A stretch of DNA of 64,000 nucleotides from Nemertoderma westbladi. Its lineage: Eukaryota > Animalia > Xenacoelomorpha. The notes beneath the pieces were generated by a model that saw nothing but the letters and a program-made list of their open reading frames with translations, was not told the origin of the DNA and searched no databases. The stretch is from NCBI GenBank assembly GCA_032718475.1, contig JAUCBJ010006962.1, positions 62,001 to 126,000 of the forward strand. Direction: 5' to 3'. Made by a program: the position numbers and the translations under genes. This document shows, piece by piece, positions 10,907 through 21,325 of the stretch; positions within the stretch are counted from its first letter, which is position 1, and each line of letters begins with the position of its first letter.

Positions 10907-13900
10907 TCATGCTTGTGGAAGTTCACTCATTTCTTGGGTACCTATTCTAGAATGTACCTTTTTACAAATAATACACGTACGTGTCACTGAACTTAACGCT
11001 TTACTGGGTCTAATTAATACAAATCTTGTACGTAAGTAGGAAAGACAGTGGTGTCTTCCAGCGTGTTTCAGATGTAAATGTGCGTCCAGTATCATTGCAC
11101 GTTGTAGTTCGTGGTGTTGCGGTATTATTATTGGGTATCTAAAGTTTGTGTTAAAGTCAATGTTTTGAAGCCGAGATTTATGACAAATTAAGCCATTATA
11201 AATAATCGGACTCCAACTCAGTATTGGTGACGACTTGATTGGTTGACCTTGATTTATGGATGTGAATTCGCGCGCGAAATATCGCAGTTGGTAATGGCGA
11301 ATTAATTTAATCTCACACCTGTCAATCTCAGCCAAGGTAAGTCGACGTGTAAAGTCACGTTTGCCTTTTACGTATTGTACAAAACGTACAATCCACGCTA
11401 ACTTTCGGCAAGCGTTTGACCAAGAGTCTGTTAAGTTTACAATCCGGTCGACGTGAGTATTTGTGACGTCATCAGGTAAGTCAATGGAGATTTTGGAAGG
11501 TTTTGAATTACTAGAAGGGCCCACGGGTCCGCCGGTAAGTATTCCCTTGTTGACTGTTGATCCGTCCGGGTCTACAAGTAATTTGTCCTTCTTCGTCTTC
11601 TTACCTTGATTGTCGGTACTTTGTAAGTCGATCGTTAATGGTGGTTTGAACTCTATGGGGTCAGCAGTTTTCGGTAAACTTATTTTTCTGCCGACATTAA
11701 TCCCAGGTCTCACCATAGGTTGCAAGTTCGGTATGTCTCTTGAGCGCAAAGTAACACCTGTATTTACATTAGCGTAGGTACTACCCACATCTGTAATACA
11801 TGAGGTTTCACCGTGCTTAGGGTTGCTCAAGTGTGTCAAAATTGGTAGTTTGTCAATACAAGGCCGCTCCAATAGGGAAACTGCGGCTTTACTGTTAGTC
11901 AATACATTACTAATGTCCGGTAGAACATTTTGTGATGTTTCTGACAAAATGTCTAGTCGACTGTCTAGTAATGTGTCTGGCGATACGTCTGGTAACGTAT
12001 CTGGTTGTTTGTCAATAGAAGGCCGCTCCAATAGGGAAACTGCGGCTTTACTATTTGTCAATATGTTACTAGTGTCTGGTAGAACATTTTGTGACATGTC
12101 TGGCAAAATGTCTGGTTGACCGTCTAGTAACGTGTCTGGTTGACCGTCTGGCGATATGTCTGGTGTAGAAAGGCTCGCAAGTCTTCCTCTCTTGACCTTT
12201 GAAGTTATATCCTTCCATTTCGCCTTCGGTTTCTTCTTGAGTTTCGCCGCCGTCGTCCTTTTCTTTGCCTTCCCCTTCTTTGGTTTCTTGATTTCAGCGT
12301 CCTTAGGGATGGTGTTAGACTTGTTGTCGTATAACGGTGGCCAATCTTGCGTCGATTTCTGCAAGAATTGGGGTCCGTGTTGCCAAAATTCTTTGTTCTC
12401 CGGTTTACAGAATTCCTCAGGCATCATTCCTCGCGACGCAATATCAGCTGGGTTTTGTGGTCCGGGACAATGTCGCCAATCCTCTTTTATTGAACGGTCT
12501 AGAATTTCTGCGCGACGGTTAGCTACGAATGTCTTGAATTCAAGTGTGTCGTTGTTTATGTAAAATAAAACCAACGTCGCGTCAGTCCAATAAAATATCT
12601 GTAAACTTGACTGTAGTTCTGTCTGTATAAGGTTCACGATGGTGGTTGACAGGGTTGCGGCTTGTAGCTCAGCTCGTGGTGTCGTCATATACTTAGTAGG
12701 CATTGTTTTTGCCTTAGAAGTAATGAGCGAAACATCGAATTCTTCTGAGTCTACTTGTCTGCGCAAGTACGCTGCCACACCAAAACCGTTGTCACTGGCG
12801 TCAGAAAAACAGTGTAGTTCCAAGTTGTCAGGAAATGTACTTTGTAATGGAAAGTAGACTCTGGGTATGGAATAATCCTCTAGCGAAGATAATTCCGCCT
12901 CCCAGGTCTTCCATAAGTCCACTTGGTCTGATGAGATCGGCTCGTCCCATGTTAGTCCATCCTTCCAAATACTGCGCATATAAATGCGGGCTTGCCGTAT
13001 TACTGGACTGATGAATCCTAACGGATCGAACAATCGGCTCAATTTTGACAAGCATGATCTCTTTGTCAGTGTGTTTTCTTGACTGTCCAGTCTCACTTTC
13101 ACTCGAAAGTTGTCCGTGTTTGGGTCCCAAAAGAGCCCCAACACCTTGGTCGTCGGTAGTGGTTCGAACTCTAGGTCTATGTCACCACCTCCACGCTCAG
13201 TCGTTCCGAATGAGTCTACTAATTCGGCACTGTTTGAGGCGAATTTGGTGAGGTTAAAACCTCCGCCCGCTAAGCAGTCCCGCAATTGATGTGCTACTGT
13301 TGTAGCACGTTCTACTGTGTCGCAACTCTGTAATCCGTCGTCGACGTAGAAGTCACGTTCCACAATCCTAATTATCTCTGGGTCATATAGGTGTTTCTGA
13401 TCTCTAGCGGCTTGTTTTAGGGCGTACATCGTGCAGTTTGGGCTGTCTCTGGCACCGAAAACGCGAACTTGCATTTGGTAAGTCGCCGGTGGTAGACTTA
13501 AGTCTCCTTCCGGATACCAGAGGAACCGCAAACTGTCTCTGTCTCGCTCTAACGCTCTCACTTGGTGAAACATCGCTTCAACGTCGCAAGTAAAAGCTAC
13601 TTGACGCTGACGGAAGCGCATAATCACCCCCATAAGATAATTATTCATGTTTGGTCCATCCATCAACTCACTATTGAGGGACATTCCCTCAAACAGAGCC
13701 GCACAGTCGTTGACTACGCGTACTTTATCTGGTTTGTCGGGGTGTCTCACATAGTGATGTGGCAGGTAGTATGTCTGGTTAGTCACTATCTCTGGGTTAG
13801 TCATTCGGATAGCGTATCCCTTTGTCAAATACGTCTCCATCTGATTGTTGTACTGTAGATGGGCTTTCTCGTCCTTTAATAGACGTTGCCGTATTGAGTG

Positions 13901-16900
13901 TAGACGTCTTAAAGCTAGTGGGTAGTTATTTATAAGTTTAGGACTTTGGCTACGCCATAACATCCCCACCTCATAATGTCCGTCTTTCGTCTGGCGGATA
14001 GTATCTTCCATGATCTTCAGAGATTGTTTCTCCTGTTCCGACATACAAGGTTCGTTGCTACCAGGTTCAGCTGTATCTTGTTCTAACCACCTGATAGTCT
14101 TCTCCGTTAATTCTTTGTCTAGTGCAGCTTGTTCCAATTGATGATTTCTCAACGCGTCATCATCGATATCGACGGGCGTTGTTGAGGTTGTTGGGGTAGG
14201 TAGACTCGCAAGCCTTCCGGCGTTATCATCTGTCGTCGATGGAATCTCTGACTGACTCGTCTTCTCCCCAAGTTCTAAACTCACCTGGTGGGTTAGCTGC
14301 TCCTTGTGACTTATCATACTAGTCACACGTCTGTCATGTTTTGTCGACTGTAGTGTAGTATGGTTCACGTCGTGTGAGAAGGAATGAATTGAATTTGTAG
14401 TTAATAAACTACATGTACTTTGTACATCGTCTTCCTCGTCACTTACGTCTAGTGTGCGCACAGGCGCTCGAGTATACCACCCTATCGGCGTTCTGCAGGC
14501 GTATGCGTTTCCCGCTACGACTGCCGATGGTCTGGTTTCCCACACTTGGTGTAGGTTGAATTGGTCCGTCCCGATCAGCATGGCTACCGATCTATAATTG
14601 ACAGGACATTCGGGTACACCAAGGTGTCTGAAATACTTACGGTCCTCCAAGGATTGTTCTGGGACCGGACCTAGTAGGTTACTAAAGTCTTTGGTGGCCG
14701 CAAAGGTCAAATCCTTGAAGGGTAACAAAGACCTCTCCCTCTCGCTGTGTTGCGATTTCGGAAGAAGAGAGTCTAAGTTTAACTTGACTCGTGTCACTGG
14801 TATTGCACGCTGTCCGTGCATACTACTTACAGTATAACTGACGCGCTTACCTTGTCGGAGATCCGTCACTACATCAGCTATCTTTTCATCCACGTAACTG
14901 TGAGATGAGGCTGAATCTAGAATCGCGTAGATTCTCTTACTCCCCTTTGTGCCAGTAATCTTAATCGGAATTACACTGAATCCCTTCAGTTGGTCAGTAG
15001 TCAGAAGCGCGATCGATGGCTGTTCATCTCCATCCGAATATACGTCGTCGTCTTCTGACTCTTCGTCCGACGATCCGGATTGTTCTGAGAAGCAATCCTC
15101 AATATGGGTCACGAAGGTTGGAGTCGTTTTCGATTCTCGTTTTTTGTAGGCCGCATTACATCTCGCTGCTGCTTCCGGGTGTTCCCTGGCGAAGCGTTTT
15201 GTCGGCGTGTGGCTGTCTGTGTGGAGCAGACCGTCGTGGTTGCGTCCACAGGATGGACAAGTGTCGGTATTTGGGCAATCTTTACGGACGTGTCCGTGTC
15301 GCGTACACCGCCAACAAGAGTCCAATGGCCGTATCTGCAGCCGTCGTTCTTCCGAGTTTAACTCGCGAAACTGTCGACAACCTCTCAACTTGTGACCGCT
15401 ATACCGCTTGCCTAAATGCTCGCAGTATTGGCAGCCGCTGAAGTCGGTACTGAGTTGTTGTCTCGTCTGTTTTGTCCCAATGGGCGCAGATACCCTACTA
15501 CCGTCCGAGAATTGTCGTGATTCCGTCGATGTGGCGTAAGTGGCCGTCTTGGTGGATGTTGTCTGGGGTTTTTGTCGGTTGGAGGATGGCAATGTGATTC
15601 CTTCTGCCACGATGTGCTGGTCAGTGTAGTTAGATCGAGTTTCTACTACTGCCTCCCTGGATATTAAAAGGTACACATCCTCTAGTTTTAAGAATCCACC
15701 CCGCTCTTCTCGCTGGTATTCGATCTTTCTCCACTCCCGGCGAAGTCGATGGTGGAGTCGCCCTATGATCTTTAATAGGACTGTAGGGGTATTCCCGTAG
15801 TCAAGTTGTCCAATGGATCTTAAAGTAGTGATAGCGTTCTTTATCTCGTCGGCCAGTTTTAATAAGTCGACGGGTTTAGTGATAGCCCCTCCCTTACAGA
15901 GTTCCTCTATTACTGACCTGGCCATACTGACTGTACCTTCGTATATCGAAGTTAAACGATCGTACGCTAGTTCGAAGGCGTCCGGTACACCAACGAAGGT
16001 CTCTGCCAAACGTTTAGGTTCTCCTGACAACGTTTGAAGCAGGTAATTAAACTTCTCCCGTGATGTAAAGGCGCACACGGCGATCTGAGATTCGATATAG
16101 TCTACGAATGTGTGCCAGTGTTTTGAACTACCGGAAAACTTCGGTGGTTGTTGTACCGGCAATCCTTGCCTGGCTGCGAATTTCGCTATCTCCTCGGCAA
16201 CGTTCAGAGTTTCGCGTCCTTGGTTGGTAACCTGGTTGATGTTCTCCCTTCTTGGCGCTTTTCCCTGATACGATGTATGTTTTGAAGGTACCGGTCTTTG
16301 TGGTTCCTTCGGGTGTCTATTGTGTTCGAATTCGGAATTTCTCGAACTGTCGGTGTAACCTTCCTCCAGACGTTCCTCGATCTGAGCCAACTTGTTAACA
16401 ACTGGTCGCAGGATGTCGGCGAACTGTTGTGTACTGATTGCGTCCGTTGGTTGTAACGCCTTCGGTGTTGGTGTATTCTGTGGAGGATTGTCTACAAAGA
16501 AGTTGTCTGAACGCTCGCGTTTATATTCATCGGCCGCCCCTGTTCTAAATACCTCGCGTTTCGGGTAATCCGATTCGCTCGAAGTACTACTATCATCTGG
16601 ATATGGTGGTCGACGTGCTCGCGTACGTTGCGTCGTACGAATTCTAACGTTTCGTTTTGGAACATCGTCCACTGATCTCCGTTGTTCGGTAGGCTCGCAA
16701 GTCTTCCTCGAAGTCGTAGATTGCGATGTACACTGGTTGAACGGTCGCGTATCCACTGTTCTCCGTTGTTCGGTAGGCTCGCAAGTCTTCCTCGAAGTCG
16801 TAGATTGCGATGTACACTGGTTGAACGGTGGTCGGATGACAGCGTTTGAATCAACTGGCCTTGTAGGTCGAAACGTCATTGGGTATTCGTAGTGCGTAAC

Positions 16901-18595
16901 CGGTTTAGGTGTCAAAGGTGGACTCACCTGTTTTGTCGTCAGTAGTGCAGGTCCAGTCAACAAACTACTACGATCTATAATCGGTGGGTTACTTACCTTG
17001 ACTTTCGGAATAGGCGACGACATTGCTCTTGGCGGTGTAAACTTGTCCGGAATAACAAACCTGTGTTCCGTCGCACCATGGATAGGAGAAATATTACTAC
17101 TACCAGCAATCGAAACAGGTTCCTTAGTCATAACCGGTGCAAACATATGAGTTACCTGTGGGAATCGTTGACATAAGTCCTTTACTAATTGTCGTTCCCG
17201 TCCGGGTGCTCCTACGCTTCCTTCCTTCTTCCGTTCCTGAATTTGGCGATGTCTTACCTCTATCTGGTCCAAGTCATGTCCGTCTCGAGATCTCATCAAT
17301 CGATCGCGGGCTTGTAGATTCAGATCTTCCTTCGCGTTGGCTAATTCTCTCGCCTTCTTCCCGAGTTCGAAATGAAGTTTAACTTCCTTCTCGCGTTGTT
17401 CCGTCTGTTGTTGTTGCGCCTCGAACTCCGCTTGTCGTATAGCTGATTGAGCCTTTATTTGCCGTTTTTTCATCTCGGCTCTCGCTTCTGATACTAACCT
17501 CTGTTGCTCTAACTCAGCCGCTGCTGCTGCCGTTTGTCGCTCTAACTCTGCTGCTGCCGTTCGTTGCGCTAACTCGGCCGCTGCCGCTTGTTGGGCGATG
17601 TCCAACTCCAACCTTTCCATCTCGGCCGCTTCCAACTCGGCTTGTTCTTGCAGATGAGAGATTCTTGCAACATTCGCAACGCGTAGTTTCTCTTCCTGCA
17701 CGGCTGCTTGTGCCGTCAACAGTTGAGCTTGTTCCTCCGCTTCCCGTTGTTGTCTATCATGCTGTTGTTGCTGTCTGGAAATTTCTGACGTCACTATACT
17801 TATCTCGCCGATTTCGCTGCGAATACTCACTAACGATTGGTCCAGTATTCCCGGTGCCGATTCGATTCGTACGGGTGAAGTTTCCCTCGTATATTCCGGC
17901 ACGGTTTCCAAATTGTCTACGTCTTCGCCGCACATACGTAAGTGGTCCGTCAGATGTTTCAATTGTCCATCTAGTCGGTACAGTTCCTGTTCTTCCTCGG
18001 GTTGCAATAATTCGTCCGAAACTGACTCGCCTAACAACTGGTCCGCTTGTTCCTGTTGTATTTGCCTAATCGTCGACTTAAACTGAATCAGTTTCTCTCT
18101 AGCGATCATTAGTTTCTCGAGGATTCTAAGTTGAGTATCCATGTCCTGTCTCTGTCTAGCTAGATCTTGTAGACCAATTAGGTTATCTACGGACTTGTGT
18201 ACTCTATTTTGTACTCTAACCTGGAGGGTGTAGAACTCGAATCGAGACATCGGAGCGGTCAACTCGTTTAATATGCGTTGGCCTTCCCCAATACTCCTGG
18301 TTATATGCGCCATGTATCCTCCGACGCTTCTAACCACACTCTCCTGGCTTCCTGCTGAACTTACCATGTCCGTTTCCCTGTATCTAGGTTGCGGAACAGT
18401 TAGAAAGTCCTCGGTCCTGCCGTCGCCTCGTACTACGGCATCCGGTACTCCCGTTGGATGTACTGGTGACGCACACGGTGTAGGTTCGGTAGGCTCGCGA
18501 GTCTTCCCCTGTTGTTCTTCCGCTGCTGACTTATCCGCGTCACATGAGTCATAGTCGGTTTGTGTATTCTTCGTATAGTCTTGTTTGTCACTCAT
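10907..18595 (-). CDS. BEL/Pao gag-pol polyprotein (Gag, zinc knuckles, aspartic protease, RT, RNase H, start of integrase)
   Basis: PKFSG gag motif, CWRCTRHGHVRKDC knuckles, protease ILDSAS, RT YLPHH/KVRVVNDC/DVEAMFHQV/FYVDDGL, RNase H HCFSDAS/TPRAELQAA/WTDA/NPADIASRG, IN HHCC. Confidence 0.96.
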   Translation of the reverse strand: MSDKQDYTKNTQTDYDSCDADKSAAEEQQGKTREPTEPTPCASPVHPTGVPDAVVRGDGRTEDFLTVPQPRYRETDMVSSAGSQESVVRSVGGYMAHITRSIGEGQRILNELTAPMSRFEFYTLQVRVQNRVHKSVDNLIGLQDLARQRQDMDTQLRILEKLMIAREKLIQFKSTIRQIQQEQADQLLGESVSDELLQPEEEQELYRLDGQLKHLTDHLRMCGEDVDNLETVPEYTRETSPVRIESAPGILDQSLVSIRSEIGEISIVTSEISRQQQQHDRQQREAEEQAQLLTAQAAVQEEKLRVANVARISHLQEQAELEAAEMERLELDIAQQAAAAELAQRTAAAELERQTAAAAAELEQQRLVSEARAEMKKRQIKAQSAIRQAEFEAQQQQTEQREKEVKLHFELGKKARELANAKEDLNLQARDRLMRSRDGHDLDQIEVRHRQIQERKKEGSVGAPGRERQLVKDLCQRFPQVTHMFAPVMTKEPVSIAGSSNISPIHGATEHRFVIPDKFTPPRAMSSPIPKVKVSNPPIIDRSSLLTGPALLTTKQVSPPLTPKPVTHYEYPMTFRPTRPVDSNAVIRPPFNQCTSQSTTSRKTCEPTEQRRTVDTRPFNQCTSQSTTSRKTCEPTEQRRSVDDVPKRNVRIRTTQRTRARRPPYPDDSSTSSESDYPKREVFRTGAADEYKRERSDNFFVDNPPQNTPTPKALQPTDAISTQQFADILRPVVNKLAQIEERLEEGYTDSSRNSEFEHNRHPKEPQRPVPSKHTSYQGKAPRRENINQVTNQGRETLNVAEEIAKFAARQGLPVQQPPKFSGSSKHWHTFVDYIESQIAVCAFTSREKFNYLLQTLSGEPKRLAETFVGVPDAFELAYDRLTSIYEGTVSMARSVIEELCKGGAITKPVDLLKLADEIKNAITTLRSIGQLDYGNTPTVLLKIIGRLHHRLRREWRKIEYQREERGGFLKLEDVYLLISREAVVETRSNYTDQHIVAEGITLPSSNRQKPQTTSTKTATYATSTESRQFSDGSRVSAPIGTKQTRQQLSTDFSGCQYCEHLGKRYSGHKLRGCRQFRELNSEERRLQIRPLDSCWRCTRHGHVRKDCPNTDTCPSCGRNHDGLLHTDSHTPTKRFAREHPEAAARCNAAYKKRESKTTPTFVTHIEDCFSEQSGSSDEESEDDDVYSDGDEQPSIALLTTDQLKGFSVIPIKITGTKGSKRIYAILDSASSHSYVDEKIADVVTDLRQGKRVSYTVSSMHGQRAIPVTRVKLNLDSLLPKSQHSERERSLLPFKDLTFAATKDFSNLLGPVPEQSLEDRKYFRHLGVPECPVNYRSVAMLIGTDQFNLHQVWETRPSAVVAGNAYACRTPIGWYTRAPVRTLDVSDEEDDVQSTCSLLTTNSIHSFSHDVNHTTLQSTKHDRRVTSMISHKEQLTHQVSLELGEKTSQSEIPSTTDDNAGRLASLPTPTTSTTPVDIDDDALRNHQLEQAALDKELTEKTIRWLEQDTAEPGSNEPCMSEQEKQSLKIMEDTIRQTKDGHYEVGMLWRSQSPKLINNYPLALRRLHSIRQRLLKDEKAHLQYNNQMETYLTKGYAIRMTNPEIVTNQTYYLPHHYVRHPDKPDKVRVVNDCAALFEGMSLNSELMDGPNMNNYLMGVIMRFRQRQVAFTCDVEAMFHQVRALERDRDSLRFLWYPEGDLSLPPATYQMQVRVFGARDSPNCTMYALKQAARDQKHLYDPEIIRIVERDFYVDDGLQSCDTVERATTVAHQLRDCLAGGGFNLTKFASNSAELVDSFGTTERGGGDIDLEFEPLPTTKVLGLFWDPNTDNFRVKVRLDSQENTLTKRSCLSKLSRLFDPLGFISPVIRQARIYMRSIWKDGLTWDEPISSDQVDLWKTWEAELSSLEDYSIPRVYFPLQSTFPDNLELHCFSDASDNGFGVAAYLRRQVDSEEFDVSLITSKAKTMPTKYMTTPRAELQAATLSTTIVNLIQTELQSSLQIFYWTDATLVLFYINNDTLEFKTFVANRRAEILDRSIKEDWRHCPGPQNPADIASRGMMPEEFCKPENKEFWQHGPQFLQKSTQDWPPLYDNKSNTIPKDAEIKKPKKGKAKKRTTAAKLKKKPKAKWKDITSKVKRGRLASLSTPDISPDGQPDTLLDGQPDILPDMSQNVLPDTSNILTNSKAAVSLLERPSIDKQPDTLPDVSPDTLLDSRLDILSETSQNVLPDISNVLTNSKAAVSLLERPCIDKLPILTHLSNPKHGETSCITDVGSTYANVNTGVTLRSRDIPNLQPMVRPGINVGRKISLPKTADPIEFKPPLTIDLQSTDNQGKKTKKDKLLVDPDGSTVNKGILTGGPVGPSSNSKPSKISIDLPDDVTNTHVDRIVNLTDSWSNACRKLAWIVRFVQYVKGKRDFTRRLTLAEIDRCEIKLIRHYQLRYFAREFTSINQGQPIKSSPILSWSPIIYNGLICHKSRLQNIDFNTNFRYPIIIPQHHELQRAMILDAHLHLKHAGRHHCLSYLRTRFVLIRPSKALSSVTRTCIICKKVHSRIGTQEMSELPQA

Positions 18596-18678
18596 TTCGG
18601 TAGTTGTAAGTCAAGTAAAGTGAGTGTCAAAGTATCGAGTTTACCGTATTTATATCTAAACGGTACTAATTACAGTCA

Positions 18679-18803
18679 TATAAAATTAGCCTACCGGCCG
18701 ATTTTATAGCAGATGGATAAAATTAGCCTAAACGGCCAATTTTACAGCAAATAAATGTCACGGAATAAGTATATAATAAAATTAGCCTAGCGGCCAATTT
18801 TAT
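18679..18803 (-). promoter_or_regulatory. Three repeated stem-loops in the BEL 5' leader
   Basis: Sense-strand AAAATTGGCC-loop-GGCTAATTTT occurs three times, ~80-200 nt upstream of the gag ATG. Confidence 0.55.
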
Positions 18804-19404
18804 AACAAATAAATCGGATAACGATATGCGTTATCAAAAGGTAAATTAAATACAATAATACGGACTAATTCAGCAATGAACAAAGAAATCATACGGAATG
18901 CATAAATACTTGAGACAGTGGAACCCACAATAATTTTAACTAATACGGTAATGCCTAACTTATTTATGCAACTTTTCGAACTCACCCACTCCAATAATTC
19001 TCCAGAAAAACAGATTCCCAGATACAAACCGGACGTGAACCTTTCCGTTTTCAGCGTTGCGGACGAAACGCGATTTTCCCAACCAAAGTTGTTGGGTTAT
19101 CTATCTCCCAAACTTGCTAAACACGGTCTTGCTCCCGTTACAGTCTAGAAATGAGTTCTGAATCCTGAAAAACAAAAGAGTTAGGTTTTACTTTACGAAA
19201 ATTTTGTACCGGTACAATATGGTATTTAAACCCTTTTAAACACCGGTATTCAATTCCAAAAATATTTTATACGCGGTTCAAATCAAATTTTATTTCAAAA
19301 AATTAGCACTTAGCTAATCAAATACAAACTTTTACCTCAAAATACAAAAATTTTCAAATAACTTTAGTCCTACCGAACCGTAGTTCAGTAAGACATATTC
19401 CTAC

Positions 19405-21325
19405 TAAATGGAAGAGACGGTAACAATACCTGCAATATCCTACTGTAAAGTTTGTGAATCAAATCATAAATCCGACCTTCTCACCAAAACAGTAAACTCC
19501 AAGTAAGCGAATATATTGCAGTATTGATCTCTTATAACCGGTGAGGCAGAAAACAGTCTACGAGCAGACAAACTTCGATAAAACAAAATCCCGCGCAGCG
19601 AATCCTAAAATCAGGCTGACTCACTGACGGACTAAGAGGCTCGTATACTTTGCCGCGGTGTGATTTATATGGTTGGGCAAAGGGAACGCTAGCTAGGTAC
19701 AGAGGCAGAGATTTGGAGATGTCTAACTAGCGGGCAAAGCACAGTAAGGACAAAAGTTAATTTTATATATTTTGAGGTGTAAATAATTTCTAACGCGCGT
19801 GTGTTAATTCTGAACGGTCAAAAACAGTTTTGCTCCTTCACATATATAATTACTGGGTACGGTGTGCATTTTACGAAATATTCTAATTTTGTAACTTGTA
19901 GGTCCAATACTCACGAATGATAAGGTTCCTTCCCCTCTTGCGTATTTCCAGGACTCAAATTCAGGCATAGGGTTAATGCTACGCCCAGAATTCGGCAATT
20001 TTAGGTACCAGGTCCCTGATACTAAGAAGAGATGTGTTAGTTTACTACTGTAGGCGTACAGTTACTAATAGATATCCTGGCGTCCTATCTAGAATTTTAG
20101 TCACCCAGGTAGTCCGGGTAACTTCCTATCAGGGCGTTGGCGGGGACACGGTAGATGTTAGTATCCCTAATAGCCTCAAATTATTTGCGCCTAGCTGTAA
20201 ACTGCCCTACCGCCTGAACGGTACAATCCCAATTCAGGTGAAAACACAGCAACCCCCCTAGCCTACAAGTTCTAATGCAATGGACACCGTTGTACTACAA
20301 ATAGTCGCACACACACCTGTACTTAGCAGGAGTTAGGCGTACAGTTTGCTGCACCCTACCAATTTGTATGCTTCGTACCGGTGTGCCTACGTCCTATCTG
20401 CGTACTACTATCTGCCTGCTCTCTCCCTCCGTAGGAATATGAAGGTCTACTGTGGTTTTCCTGAATCAAGACAGTACAGTCCCTAAGATGTAATTTTAGG
20501 CTCACAGCGTGTCACTACTTCTACCCTTTGATCTTTTGGTCTTATACTTAGGTAGCAAGGCGTCGAACGCTGTCTAACCTTTCAGGCGATGGGCGAATAA
20601 CTCAAGATGGTATTGCGGGTTGTCTCTTGTCTACATTCCCGTGATGTTCCCGTTCATTGCTGCGGCCCGATCTCTAGCCGGCCATCCTGTCCCTTAGCTG
20701 GGTTCACCGTAGTGAATCATGGTAAAACAGATAGAAAAGGCAGATTAGCGATAATTCTGACTTTATTACAGAAGATATAATTATAATACAATGTAATCTG
20801 AAATAAACTAAGCACGACAGAATATTGATAAGATAAGATAATCTGAGAAGTATATTATAGTAGGAATGATAATGATAACTAATGAACAAATCGCACCTTT
20901 ATATACCAAATTTGTGCTGCAATCAATCGAGATAATTCTCGATTGTTCTATAGGTTCTAACGGGTTTTTAAAGATAGCTATTGGCCCAGCTAATGTATAA
21001 CTTGCACGACATTGGATACAATCTAATAACTGCAGTCTCATTGGTTAATCTAGGTACAAACGAATGCAATTTAATTTGTAGCGGTCAATTTAAATGAGTT
21101 GAAATTCTGCACAAAAAATAATGCGCACTTACTAGGATTCGAACTCAATACCTACTACACATATAATTTCCAACGCTCTACCGACTGAGCTACTGAACCA
21201 CTTGACCAATAGGCGTACAAATGATAGAACAAATACGAATGAGAACTCAAAGCAATCTTTACAAAGTTAATTCGAATAAAATAAAATTTTGAAAATCCAC
21301 GGCATTTAGGGAATATAATTCTATA
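19405..21325 (-). repeat. 5' LTR (1921 bp)
   Basis: Direct repeat of 2785-4705, followed on + by the TSD TAGAA. Confidence 0.97.
21113..21199 (-). ncRNA. tRNA-like Pol III cassette in the 5' LTR
   Basis: Same as 4493-4579, but the D-stem is perfect (GCTC...GAGC). Confidence 0.55.

Larger units (their letters stand above)
2785..21325 (-). mobile_element. Full-length BEL/Pao LTR retrotransposon with an extra ORF
   Basis: Two 1921-bp direct repeats lie at a constant 16620-bp offset, with 5-bp TSD TAGAA (2780-2784, 21326-21330). Excision restores the RTE frame (LALRRIIEELSKKKDRHLAVMFVDFYKAFDS). Domain order is gag-PR-RT-RH-IN. Confidence 0.97.

Noticed and set aside
11823-18554. Plus-strand ORFs antisense to gag-pol
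   Set aside because: They are shadow ORFs of a long coding region with no independent motifs.
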